Origin: Fistulifera solaris
Taxonomy: Eukaryota
Assembly (NCBI GenBank): GCA_030295235.1
Contig: AP026125.1
Coordinates: forward strand, 682,001 to 746,000
Reading direction: 5' to 3'
DNA: 64,000 nucleotides
Both the position numbers and the translations under genes were made by a program. A model generated the notes under the pieces. The model made no database searches. It was not told the origin of the DNA and saw only the letters and a list, made by a program, of their open reading frames with translations. This document shows, piece by piece, positions 24,933-37,400 of the stretch. Each line of letters opens with the position of its first letter. Position 1 is the first letter of the stretch.

Positions 24933-27857
24933 ATGGACGACGGGGAAACGCAAGAAAGCTTGACAATGTCTCTATCCAACGCCGAAGACGCTCCGCCGTC
25001 GCTACCGAAAATGCATTCCTTGGTACAAAGCGGAACCGAGAATTATTGGGAAATTGAATCGTCGGGTGAGAATTGGCTGCGATTCATCAAGGCGAGTTCA
25101 AATCCTCCTTTCGAAAGTCAAGCATCCGATGAAAGCGAACAAGAAAGCAACAAGTCAAAAGTTTTTGCGACTATTGCATCAACGGAACCTCGAACTCAAG
25201 CATCAATTGACAGCGCGGCAAAGGAGATGATTATCCAGCTGGAAGTCTGCTCTGTGACAGATATCGGATACTTACTGGCGGTCAAAGCCATGGAAGATTC
25301 CCATGGAAAACTCTACGCCGTTCGAAAGGAGGATTACACGACAAGATCTCGGAAGTTGTTGACGCATCGAAAGCTACATCTCATGAGACCTGGGGACAAG
25401 ATTTGTTATGTACAAAGCGGCGACGAACTCTTGATGGAGTACAAGTGCGAGACGGTCATCGAAACGTCACCCTCGCAGAATCTTGGGCGGGAAAGTTTGT
25501 CGTATTTGGTTAATACCCAAGAAACGGAAGTTCCGATTACACAGCGCGACGTTCGAAAAAGCCACGATGGCGTGTTCTTCACACAAGATCCAGATCCCGA
25601 CGACCCCTATTCACAACCGACACAGGAGGCTGTTGTGCCTCCGAAAACTGACATTTCATCACATCAAGCAATTGAAAATGTGGAAGCCATTGACGATGCA
25701 AACATGAGTCAAGCAAGCTCCGGCGATACAACAATAGACCCTGATGAGGTTCAGGAAGACAAAATTTCGCCAAAGGTGCCCAATCGCTAAAGCGCGCACG
25801 AGAAAGTCCCATGTCTGTTGACACCGAAGATGATAACGGTGAATCTGGTCCAAAATCGATGCATAAAGAGCCACCGCGGAGCGCAAAATCGTTGAAACCT
25901 TCAGCGCAATCGTTGAATGATCAAGATACTCCCGCTAGAGATGAAATGAAAGAAAGTTCAGGTTCCCAAACTGTACAAAGTGTGAAAAAGACTCCCATCG
26001 GCGATGAGGTCGAAGATATTAGTGATCTAATTGTTTGTGATCACAACGGATCATTGAAAGCCGCACCTACGCTGGAGCAACCGCCTGAATTGATGAATGA
26101 CCGTGAGCCCCCCACGAAAGATGACTTTGCAAAACGTGCTTGTGCCCAACCCCAACGTGAGAACGCGAATAAATTTATCTTGAGTGATGAGATCGAAGAA
26201 AGTAGTGATATACTGGTTTCGGAATTGGTAAAGAATGATACTTCGAAAGTCGTAGATCATGTGAAGCATTCGCCTGCAGTGATGAAAGATCGAGAGACAG
26301 AACCGTCGGGGTCCCAAACTGTACGCGACAAAGCGAAGGAGACTCCCAAAAACGATAATTTATCCAACGCCGTGAAGGACCCAGTGACTCCCGGTGGTGA
26401 AGTCGAGGAAAGTCCTGGTTTGTTCGCCCCAACGCAACCTGCCGACTTGTTCAGCGAAAAATTACTAAATCCTTCAGCTCGATCGTTGAATGATCACGAG
26501 ACTCCAGCTAGAAAGGAAACGAAGGAAAGTCCACGTTCCCAAACTGTACAAAGTGTGAAAAAGACTCCCATTGGCAATGCGGTCGAAGATATTAGTGATC
26601 TACTTGCTTTTCAGTTGTTGCACAATCACAACGGATCTCCGAAAGCCGCACCTACGCCGGGGCAAGCGCCTGATTTGATGAATGATCGTGAGACCCCCAG
26701 TAAAGTTGACTTTGCAGAAAGTCCTGGTGCTAAACCTCAACTTGAGAAAGCGAAAAAACCTTCTTTTGGTGGTGAGACCAAAGAAAGTGAATTACTTGTT
26801 TCGGAACTGGTAAAGGGTGAAGCTTTGAATGCCTTAAATCTGGTGAAGACTGGAGTGATGGAAGGTGGCGAGACAGAAACGTCTGGATTCAAACCTGTAA
26901 AACGTGAGAAAGCGAAAGAAACTCCCGTAAACGATCATTCACCTAACGCCAGGATCAACCGAGAGACTCCCGGTGGTGAAGTTGAGGAAAGTCCTGGTTT
27001 GTTCGCCCCAACACAACCTGCCGACTTGTATAGCGCTGCAACAAATGGTGAATTGGGTCATCCTTCGTCGCCTGATATTACGCAAATCAAGAAACATTCA
27101 GCCCAATCCTCCACGCCGAAACGAGCGTCTGTGGTTTCTGAGAAAATGACACCGCTTAAAAGCAGATCTGAACCTGTACGGATGACGAGATCGAGGACAG
27201 GATCTGCAGTTAAGCAACCTCGGAGTGGTGGGAAGAATGGTAAGGGTCCGCAGATCTTGGTGACTGGGTACGAGGTGGACAGCATTATGGAAGAGGTAGG
27301 TCCAATGATAACCATCAACCATGACCAGTATCCATTCTCTTCTTCTCATCCGCTTTGGAACCTAGCTTGTAAGCAAAATCGGAGGTACAATAATACATGA
27401 CCTGTCAGAAGCGAAGACAGCAACGCACGTCGTGGCGAAAGACTTGAAACGGACGATAAAGCTGATGATTGGATTATGTTGTACTGACAAGATTGTCTCC
27501 CTTGACTGGCTCCGTGCGTCTGCCGAAAGTGAAACACCACTTCCGTGCAATAGTTATCTCGTTATCGACAGAAAGCTCTCGAACAAGATAACCAAAAACC
27601 TCCAGAAAGGCAAGGTCTTGGAACAGCGCAGGTTTTACTTTTGCGACTCCATTACGAAGCCTCCGCCCAATGAATGCCGCTTACTGGTTGAAGCAGCTGG
27701 AGGTACTATGCTCACGGATCGGTTGTCGTCGGAAGATAAATCAATGGAGAACCTTTTCCTGATTAGGAAGGGTAACACTTTTTCGAAGAAAGAAAAAGCC
27801 CTTTGCATGTCTTGTATCGATGCTGGTGCGGCTGTATGGACGCTTGAGGACCTTTAA
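24933..27857 (+). CDS. MDC1-like DNA-damage protein: possible degenerate FHA, SQ/TQ-rich repeats, C-terminal tandem BRCT
   Basis: BRCT motifs THVVAKDLKRTIKLMIGL..IVSLDWL.AS and LLVEAAGG; many SQ/TQ sites; internal duplication. Intron about 27296-27365; frameshift near 25785. The 3' end is uncertain. Confidence 0.7.
25897..27030 (+). repeat. Intragenic tandem duplication, two copies of about 560-580 bp
   Basis: Copy 1 about 25897-26455, copy 2 about 26471-27030. Shared blocks include TCCCAAACTGTACAAAGTGTGAAAAAGACTCCCAT and GAGGAAAGTCCTGGTTTGTTCGCCCCAAC. Confidence 0.9.
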
Positions 27858-27941
27858 CCACGCTGATGACTCAGTCCCGCCCCTAATGAAAGCTTTACAA
27901 CTTCGAAAATTACTAAAAGTCTTTACTACATCCATTTGAAG

Positions 27942-30900
27942 TTACAAGTCGGCTCTGTCCACTGTCCCACTTCGAACGTGGCGAGTGTTCTGAATTTCCT
28001 CACTATCGTCAAAGTCTTTGTCTATGCTTTCAACCATCGCCATGCCTGTCAGTGGACATTCAGCTGCAATCAGACCGTCCAACTCCCCTTGAAACTCGGA
28101 CCTCGCTTTTTCTTTATCATTCAGACGTCCCAAGTGATCGTCCAGTTCTGCAACACGAAATCGTTGTTTGTCGTTGAGATGGGGTATAACGAGAGACCTT
28201 AGTGAGCTGGAAAGGAAAACATATCCAGAAGGGAAAACATAGAAGGGTTCGCCTGAACCAAGCACTGGCTTGTTTGTCACCGCACAGCGGGCATCGCTGC
28301 TGAGTTTCATATGATGGTTTTGAAGTCTTTGGATTTCCGCTCGATACAAATCGCACGTCCGATCGCATTCACCCATCTCATTCAGTAAACGGTCGATTTT
28401 CGTTGAATACGAAGTAAGCGCTTCGCATATTTCGTCTTTGATTTCGTCAATCCTTGTAAAATCAGGCCTGTCGATTACAAATGTTAGCCATGCTTTCAAC
28501 TGAAATAAAAGCACGCGATTTACGTACAGAAATGGAAGCACATCTTCAATCGAAAGTACATCGGGTCCGCAATCCTTCAACACGCTGACAACTCTGGCAA
28601 CGACCTCTCTTCCATGTAAACTACCATCAGACGCGGCATTCTTTGCAATCATGAGCCACAGTCGCTTCCGTTCTTCGAGTTCTACACTTTCTTGAGCCAA
28701 CTCACGCGCTAATTCGGGGTCGACTTTCAAACAAAGTTCCACAGCTTGGTACCTCATCCCAAAACCCATGTACAGCTTGACAGCAGAGCGGAAATGACGA
28801 CCCGAGCTTAACACAGTACGTAGCGCATATGACATGTCAAGTGGTCCCATCTCATCGGTTGAGATGGAGAGACTGTCTTCATTGAGCATGGCTTGCTTTG
28901 TAGCTGAAGACGTTTCAAAGGGAACATATTTTGTGAGAAAATGCAGCAATGGTTCTTCGTCGTCAAGCTTGATGTAGAGCGACAAAAGGTAACTGAAGAT
29001 AGCACTATTTCGGCATCCTTGCTGAATAACTCCTTCGAAATATTTGATTAAAATGCTCGAATCCTCAACGAATGAAGAGGCGTGGTGAAGACTTGATTCA
29101 ATTTTTAGTTCGTAGCCTTCGGAGGAAAGGGTCGATCCGTCGACATGAATATCTAATGCTTCTTTGCTCTCTTCTTTTCCAAAGGAACTTTTCGCTCGCT
29201 CCTCCATAGCTCGTCGTACCTGAAGACGCTGGCACCTCGTCCTTTCATAGTTCATCATTGAAGGAAGCAACTTCAGGGGACTCAATCCCTTTGAGTATTG
29301 TACTAGGAAGCTTTCAACCGCCTCTACAGGTATCCATGTTAGAAATGTCAGGGCGTGTTTGTAGTAAAGTGGTTCCGCGAGATCAAATGGAGCGTCGTTG
29401 AGGATTTTTAGGGCCGAAGATGCTCCAGTCTTTCAGTATAAAAACTGTTAGAAGGGCGTTCATCCAAACCAATATTTTCTAGATGATGAACTTACTGATT
29501 GAGATCCGATACTAAGAGAAGCATTCACCGCGGTGCTTAAATCGCCACTCTTTGCTGCAAAAGCAGCGCACTCACTGGCTCCAATGTCATGCGAAGCAAG
29601 AATTTTTAGTACCGTCTTCGCGTCCATAATCTCGATGTTAGCGTCAAGAAACTGTGCCAGCATTCCAGTACCTCCAGTGGACATCGGTCCGTTGTTGCAA
29701 TCCATCATCTCTTCTCTTTCATGGAGAATGAGTTCAGTAAGCCACGCACCAATCATCGTACAAGTCATTTTATCATCCTTCACACGGCCCGCTCGCATTT
29801 TGTCGTTCAAGTATGTTATGAGAGGCACATTTGAAGTGGTAAGGCAATCAAGAGCTTCTGGTGAAAGGTCCAGAGAGCTGCTGTCGTCAATACCAAGTCT
29901 TGGTAAAGCAAGTCGAATAGATGAATCCGCGAAAGGCTTCAAAACAGGAGGACATTGGGCCATGTACTTTGCTGCCAATTCTGCACGGCCGTGACTTAAA
30001 TGATACTCTGCTCTAACTGCAGTGACGACGGCTTTCTGAGCATTGTTGGTGCACAAAGTTTTAGCCTGTTCAAAAAGTGCCTCTTGAGCCTTTTTCTTCA
30101 GCGGTTAAAACCGTCGGAACATTGTTCCTTGCCCGAGCCTCTTTTGCACCAGCACCATGAGACGGGGTAGACGGCATACTTTTATTTTTTGATTGTAAGT
30201 CCAGACACTTTTTCAGGGTAAATTTCCAAACGTCACGATCTTCTTGCGTTGATGATATGTGCACCAGAGATCGCCCCTTCCGGAGCCACACTTGATCCGG
30301 CCGTCGAACATCCATCAAAAGCTCACCGACGCCAATCAACGTCTCGTCGGCGTTACCTTGAGAACCAACATCAACAAGTTCTTTCTGGATCATCTTTTGA
30401 GCTACGCGACTCAGGAAACGAATCTCGTTCAACTCATTCAAGGTAATCAAATGGTGCGGAGTAAGTGCGAGCGACACAGGCGTGTCCGAAATCGACTTGC
30501 TTCCACCTTCGTACGGCATTATGCCAGATTCAATTATCATGCCGCTACTGCTGCCTGTAAGCACAGCCGAACTCGACAGTGATCGATCAATAGTGCCATA
30601 AAATATTCCTGTTGCAGTGCGCAATCCGAAATGGTCGTTACAAATGCGCAAATCCGCAAAATCGACGGATCCTGGAAGTTCCATCAGAGAAGAATGCTGT
30701 TGATCTGCCATGACCATCGCAAAAGACGAATTGTGTGCAGAGTAAAATGTATAAAACCGCGTGCGTTTGCTTCTTCCAGATGTAGCTGCCATAACCAACA
30801 ATCCCGTCCTCAAGCGTTCGAAATGAATTCCTGTAACGGCAGCACCAACTTCTGTTAGATCCGCACTATCGCTTGCATACAGCTTGTGCAAGAGAATTGG

Positions 30901-31879
30901 TTGAGATAGCATCTCCTCCTGGTCTTCGCTGTTGGAGGAAGCGAGAGAATACTCGTAAATCTCGCCATAGCTCGTTCCAAGTAGTATTCGCTTACTGGAT
31001 CCTTCAGTTCCCCGTTCATTATCCCAAGCGACTGCCGTCACGTACGAGCCTGTTGTTAGACCCTTTTGGATTTTTGGACTGAAGGGTTTCATCTCGACGC
31101 CCTGCCACAAAACTGGCAGAAATACCCGTAAGAGCGTCTTTTGTCAAAAGACTACCATCTGCGTTCCGGCCAAAACCCGCAAGTTTACTAACTTGTCGTT
31201 GGCTACTGTGAAGATAATAAGCTTCACCATTGATTGCCGAAAGAAAGGTGTGACTCGCGGTAGGATCCACAAAGACGTGCGCAATGCGGCTATTTCCTTC
31301 CACCGGTGGCGGTAACGCGACCCACTGATCTGCCATGCCTCCGCGACGAACGTTCCAACGGCTCACCAGCCGCAATGTCGGTTGACCGGCGCACTCTAAA
31401 GCCGCAACAATCCATCCATTGGCGGCCGTCACACAGCCGGGCCGCGGCGGGCGGATCGGACGCGACGACCCGGCATCCACCATCTCGTCATCGGACTTTT
31501 CGGAAGCAGCGGATGTATTGAGCACGCGACTCATGAAGCCAGATAAACCGTAGCCGCCGTCGCTACTGCGTCCATCTTCCGTCGTAGTAGCAGCTTGCGC
31601 GGTATCATTTTGTGAAGAAGCATTTGTCTTTCCCGTGCTGAAAGGAGTATTTTTGGTTATTCCAAGCTGCTGCCCGGCTTGTTTGCTTGCCTTGAGTAGT
31701 CGATTGTAATTCTGCAAAGACAAAGTACTCGGAATAGGCCATTCTACGTGGCGAGCGGCCCAAATGGGTGGTTCTCCCGGAGGAGCAGCTCGACGAGGAC
31801 GCCCTGACAGGATGCGGTGCTGTCGTGACGAGGCCGACGAAGCTCGAGTGCTTTCGTCGAAGGGATTTGTACTACTCAT
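27942..31879 (-). CDS. VPS18: Vacuolar protein sorting 18 (Pep3; HOPS/CORVET)
   Basis: IAHVFVDPTASH, VTAVAW, ILLGTSYGEIYE, EDRDVW, KRLWL.IA, LSIEDVLPFLPDF..IDEIKDEIC, FYVFPSG and IAAECPLTG (degenerate RING). Introns near 29493-29431 and 28527-28469; frameshifts near 31105 and 30090. Confidence 0.9.
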
Positions 31880-32785
31880 GGGTCCTCGTCAAGTGTACGC
31901 AAAGTAATTAGTTTTCTTTTGATGCGTTGCAATATGAATAACTACTTGCAATGCACGGATCACTTTCGACACATCGTTTATTATTGTTGTTGCGTCGTTG
32001 CATGTTGCGTGCAAAAGTGCAAAGCATGTGCTTAGTCCTACCGGTTTTACCTTCTTGATCAGTTCTGGTAAAAAGTAATCTACATTTTCCTCTATACTCA
32101 ATCGAGAAGACACCGATTAGTCCTACCGGTATTGAATTCGTGACACAAATAAGTCCCAGTCATGGTAAAAGTCGTATACATTATGCTCTATAGTCAATTA
32201 AGAAGAAACCGGTTCCCAAGGCATCTAGCATCTAGACCAGCATACATTTGTTTCTAGATGCTGAACGTTAACTATCGTCCATAGAAACAACCACACTTCC
32301 ATCGACAGCAATAATAAGGAGTGCAGCTTCGTCTACGGACGATTCGCGACGGCCGTTCCTCGCTCCGTGTGGGATGGGGAGATTGCACGCTGGGTTACTG
32401 TCGTTCAACTCACTTGCTGTCATCTGGAAATACGGATAGACAGCCGTGTTAGTAGCGTCTTACGTTTTAGTCTTTTGACTTGGTGATAAAAATAATTGAA
32501 GTGAGTTGCGATGTAGTCATAAAGGATTTTCGACGTCATTCGGTCCGCGTGAAGAGCTGTAGCACCTAATAGCACCGTCCTCTATCAAAGCAATTCGAAT
32601 GTATTACAAGTTTGAAACTTAGGATTGCGTTAACAGATTCAATTACATAAAAAATTAAGGATGTATGATTCATCAACGAATCAGTAACAGTTTATCAACA
32701 AAAGAAAGTACTGGAACCGATCTGAACGAACGACGGAAAAGCTGGAACCATTCTATTATCCTCAACTAGCTGGCGCAATATCCTA

Positions 32786-33139
32786 TTACATATCCCCTTG
32801 TCTCTTTTGAAGCGCTTCCTGTACGTGCGCTCTCGTTTCTAGGTAGCGGTCTTGGCAGGCACCCATACAAGCCTGTTCTCGACTGTCCAATCGGTCACCC
32901 TTTTGTTCAATCACACGCAAAGACAAAATAATAAGATCCAGTTCACTACATCTAGAAAAGATTGTCGCCTATCAAAAGTTACTTACCGACTGTCCCACGC
33001 AAAGATTGAAGCAATTCGAAACCATTTGCTTCATCATCTCTTGCATGACTTGCTGATTCGCTTCTTGCTGCGCCTTGACCATAATTGCCTGACGCTGTTC
33101 AGGAGACAGCTGACTAATTTGAGCTCCGAGGTCTGCCAT
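32786..33139 (-). CDS. TIM13: Mitochondrial small Tim chaperone (Tim13-like)
   Basis: Twin CX3C: CFNLC...(intron 32986-32900)...GDRLDSREQACMGACQDRY; stop at 32786. Confidence 0.85.
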
Positions 33140-33601
33140 CTTGGAATTAATCAAACGGGAAGATATGTAAAGGCACGATAGAACTTGATGAATAACACAA
33201 TTATTAAGAAATGATAGCAAAATGTTTATTTTCTGCGTGTGCAGCAGTACAGTGAGTGCGTGCACTTTCTCCCGGTCTGTCCCCCCGTTCGTGCAATTTT
33301 ATGTGTTTAAAGTTTTAAAGTTCGACAATGAAACAAACGCTAAATCAAGCACACCTTCTAAAAACAGCAACATCGAAAGAGAAAGGCACCTTTCAAATGC
33401 TGCTATGTTACACCGAAGAAGGATAAAAGGATACAACAAAACCTAACATCGCCATTCACGACTGAAACCAGTCGGACACCCTTACAGTTGGGATTTATAG
33501 TAATATTGAAGGCGACAAAAATGAAGCGATGCGACGTGCGACGATGCGTGATGTGACGATGATGAGCGGTGACGAATCAATTCATTCATTCTTTCAGAAC
33601 C

Positions 33602-34342
33602 ATGAGATCGTTGCGCTGCTCTTCTCTTTTGACGGCGGCTCTTACTGTTGCCATTCATGCATTCTCCGCACCCAAATCAACATCCTTCCGCATTGTCGGC
33701 GATTTTCGAACGGGGACCCAATACCTGCCGACATCGTACGCTTTACGTTTCGTCCGATGGGAACTGGACCGAGAAAGCCACCTGATTCGAACAGATGACC
33801 AACCATTCACTTCACAATCATCCGATGGTGTATATATCCGACCGACGATGGACTTTGTGTTGAAAGGGGGCGTTCCGGCGTATTGTATGGTGGGCTTACA
33901 AACCATCTCCTCCAGAAGTAATGCCGGTTCTCTGCATTCATCAACCATCGCCCAACAGTGGCTACCGTTTGACATGATTGTAGAACCTAATATGCGGCTA
34001 CTCGTCTTCCGTGGAGAAGGGGATGGAACTGACGAAAGACTGGCACTCTTTGGTCCGGATGATGTCGGTATGACTTTACAGCGATTGGGCGTTGCCCTTT
34101 CCATGGAATCGGAACACAGTGAGCAGCTCAATCAGGGATTTCATATTGTTTCCATACCGATAAATGACGAATGGATCAGTGTTACGAAAGATGAAGGATC
34201 ATTCCCAACAACAACATGCATGGTTACGGCAGAACCGGAGCCCAGAGAACTGCTCACCCTTGACGATTCTCTTCTCGAACTCACGGCGACGTCTCTACTT
34301 CAATTTAACCTGGAAAATACCATTCAAGAACGCATAATGTAA
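33602..34342 (+). CDS. Hypothetical plastid-targeted protein
   Basis: Intact ORF of about 246 aa with leader MRSLRCSSLLTAALTVAIHA-FSAP (ASAFAP-type). Confidence 0.65.
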   Translation: MRSLRCSSLLTAALTVAIHAFSAPKSTSFRIVGDFRTGTQYLPTSYALRFVRWELDRESHLIRTDDQPFTSQSSDGVYIRPTMDFVLKGGVPAYCMVGLQTISSRSNAGSLHSSTIAQQWLPFDMIVEPNMRLLVFRGEGDGTDERLALFGPDDVGMTLQRLGVALSMESEHSEQLNQGFHIVSIPINDEWISVTKDEGSFPTTTCMVTAEPEPRELLTLDDSLLELTATSLLQFNLENTIQERIM

Positions 34343-34473
34343 CACTTTACATGAATCGCAAGTTTCACAATCTGTCGAAGCAATTAAATAAATCTCTACG
34401 ATTTTTGGGAGAATCAATGTGGAAATGCAAATTAAACACATATGAGTTATAAAATGATTAACGATACATCCTA

Positions 34474-37400
34474 CTACCTGAAATACACAATGGATCTCTT
34501 CTCTTCTAATTCCAGCTTCTTCTCGAGCAGTTCTTTCCGTCTCCTTTCTAATTTCTCTCGTATTGCGCGTTTCATCTCATCGCCGTTTGCGTCAGGTGTT
34601 GTACCTTTCGTTGGCGGAGCAGATTCACGTGGGACGTTTGATAAGTTGTTGCTGGCAAGCTCAGTGTTATTGGATGCCAGAGATGCAGTGTCTACCAGCT
34701 GCAGCGCAGATTTTTGATCCGTGTTTCCTTCTTCTGACTTATTGTTCAAGGAAGGTTCAGAACCAACATCGTTGGCAGCGGCGTCACTTACACTATTGAA
34801 CTGTTCTTTGTAGGCTCGAGACATTTCGCTGATTTCTGTACGCCGTTCTCCCCCAAATCCGTCTAAAACAATCTCAACGTTTTTGGTAGGTCCATCTTTC
34901 ATGGAAGTGTCCGATGTTCCTAGACTCTCGTCTATTGAAAAAAGAGACGACCCGGAATAAGCCGATGTCTTTCGTGGCTGAAGATCAGCATTCGGGTTCG
35001 CATCGTTAAATGGCAGACTTTCTAAATCGTCAGAAAGATGACTCAACACTGGGCCCTCCAGGCCCGATATTCTCGTCGTCCCGATGTGCTTTACATTGAA
35101 CCTGCTGCCATTTGCGCTTCCTGCCGTTGCATCTGTTCCTTGTCTTCCACCGTTCTTCCTGACCTTGTATGCTTGAATAATCATAGGCACGTAAATAAGT
35201 AGCTGCATCGACATGCTTATGGCAAAAACAAGAAAAACCTGAAGAAAATATCGAGCCGTAGGGTTATCACTGTCAATCAGAAAAAGCATAGGAAATCCGA
35301 CAGCAATCAGCTGAAACCAGCTGAAGAGTCCAACGCCCATGTTTTTAGCTTCGCTGAATTCGTCGCTTATATTTCGGGCTTGATAGGCCTGCTTACAAGC
35401 AACGAACAATGCCACAACATTCACAGCGCCCACTAGCATGGTCATCGTAAAAGAAATAGGTGTGCGACTGCCATCGTCGCTACTTTGACAGCTTCCGTAT
35501 GTGTTCCACGGCTCCCCTGCGATTTCGAGCCGTACAAATCGTAAGGGGTCAGCGAGAGTCCAGACAAGCATGAACGTAAAATTCAATGTAAACAACAGAG
35601 CAAACGGGGCCATGACGTCTACCTCCCTGACTCTCATTCGGCGCGAAGTTGCCCCAAAGAGCTTATTGATGCGCCATAGCTTTGAGAACAAAGCAGACAT
35701 AGCGACCGTGAATCCCATACTTAAGAGCCATGGCGATGCCATACAAGCGATGTCGCAACCGCGCTGCGAGCTTGTTCCATCGTCAATACTCAGGGGGATA
35801 ATCGCAAGCGCCATAACCAGCATCCCGGTCGAAATCGTCATGAGAAAGAAAGGCTGAAGAGTTTTCACAATTCGCAGGTTGCGGTAGTACCATACCCATC
35901 CGGATAGAAAAAGGGACGTGATGACAGCAACAGCTGTAAGAGTAAAACCAAGATACTTGATCGGCCCAAGATGGTTGAGGTTTTCCACCGGAGAAACACG
36001 CATTAAAACCTCAAAGGTTGCATCCTGGCCAGCACAGCCGGGGAAATTGCCACCATTTAGCACAGCGAATGCTACAGTACCTTGGGCAGTTCCAGGCTCG
36101 AGTTCTGAAGTAACAGCTTGAAAGGAATACTTAATTCGTCCGCCGGAGGGAACGGAAATTGCTTCGCCTTCCACTACTTGGACGGTGTCGCCTGATTCAA
36201 ACTTAGCAGTAGAGTAGTTGAGCCAAGCTGGTTTTGACTTGGGAACAACCATCACCTGATCAAGCTCGCTGTTGACCATCGAAATCTGGCCACTAGCCTC
36301 GTCCTTGGAACCTTGAAGTCCATCAAATTCTAATGCTTCACTTAAGAACGAAACTGCAATTCTTTCCGGGCACTTCTCACATATCGATAATTCTGGTTGC
36401 CAGAAAGTACCCGGAACACAATCGTCTGCAGTCTGAATAAAATTAAGAACTGTATCCGCGGAAGTATCGTTCACAATCCGACCGTTAATCGCAGCCTCAT
36501 AAGGAGAATCTAGATCCTGCAAGTAGTCTGTGACAATATCCTGCAGCAGAAGCGCATCAGAAGTCTTTCCAGGCTCCTCTCCTGGTGTAACAAGCTCGTC
36601 AACTAAAAATTCAGGGAACGGATCGAACCCTCCGCACATGAAGCTGTCCGTACAAAACTTATAAAGCTTCAATTGCTCAAGCGGTGCATATTCTTCTGCC
36701 TCAGAGTCCCATACTTCGATAGCCACAAGTCTGTCACCCTCTCTTTCCTTGTTAAAAACGACCTTCAAACCGGATACTTGTAGAAGCCTATCGCCGTCAT
36801 TCGTGTTCATTCCCTCAAAAGTGGCCACATTAATGGAGTAATTGAACATTTTGAAAACCGAAATACCATTCATAACGCCAGTACATGGGTTGTTTGGAAA
36901 TGGAAAGCCAGCCCAGATATCCGAGACACGTACATCGCCAGCTTCCCAACCCGATCCACGATATCCTCCGCTACTTGTAACAGCAAAGTCGGCTTTTGAC
37001 CACCACCGAAGCGCATCGGTAAACAGGTTTCCCAATTCACATTCACCGGCTTTACAGCGTCGATAGTCTTCCTCGCGACTGGCAGGCATAAAGGTAGCCT
37101 GGCCAACGACTGGATCATTCGCGGCTGCCTGGTTCGCTTGCTCCCTCAAAGCGTCAATGTTTGACGCGTACTCTTCATCTTTCAATGTAGCATTTAGGGT
37201 ATCCAGGCCATGTCGAATAAACTCGACACCGGTCACATTTTTCCCATCTGGGCTAAGCGTAAGTTTATGATGATAGTATTCTTCCGCACTGAGTGCGACG
37301 CTCGTCACCCATACGTTGCCAACTTTTTGAGGAGTCTCGAAAGCTGGGTCGTTTCCATCGACATCGATAAGAAGTGCGGGAGGATTTACGTGGTTGGTGA

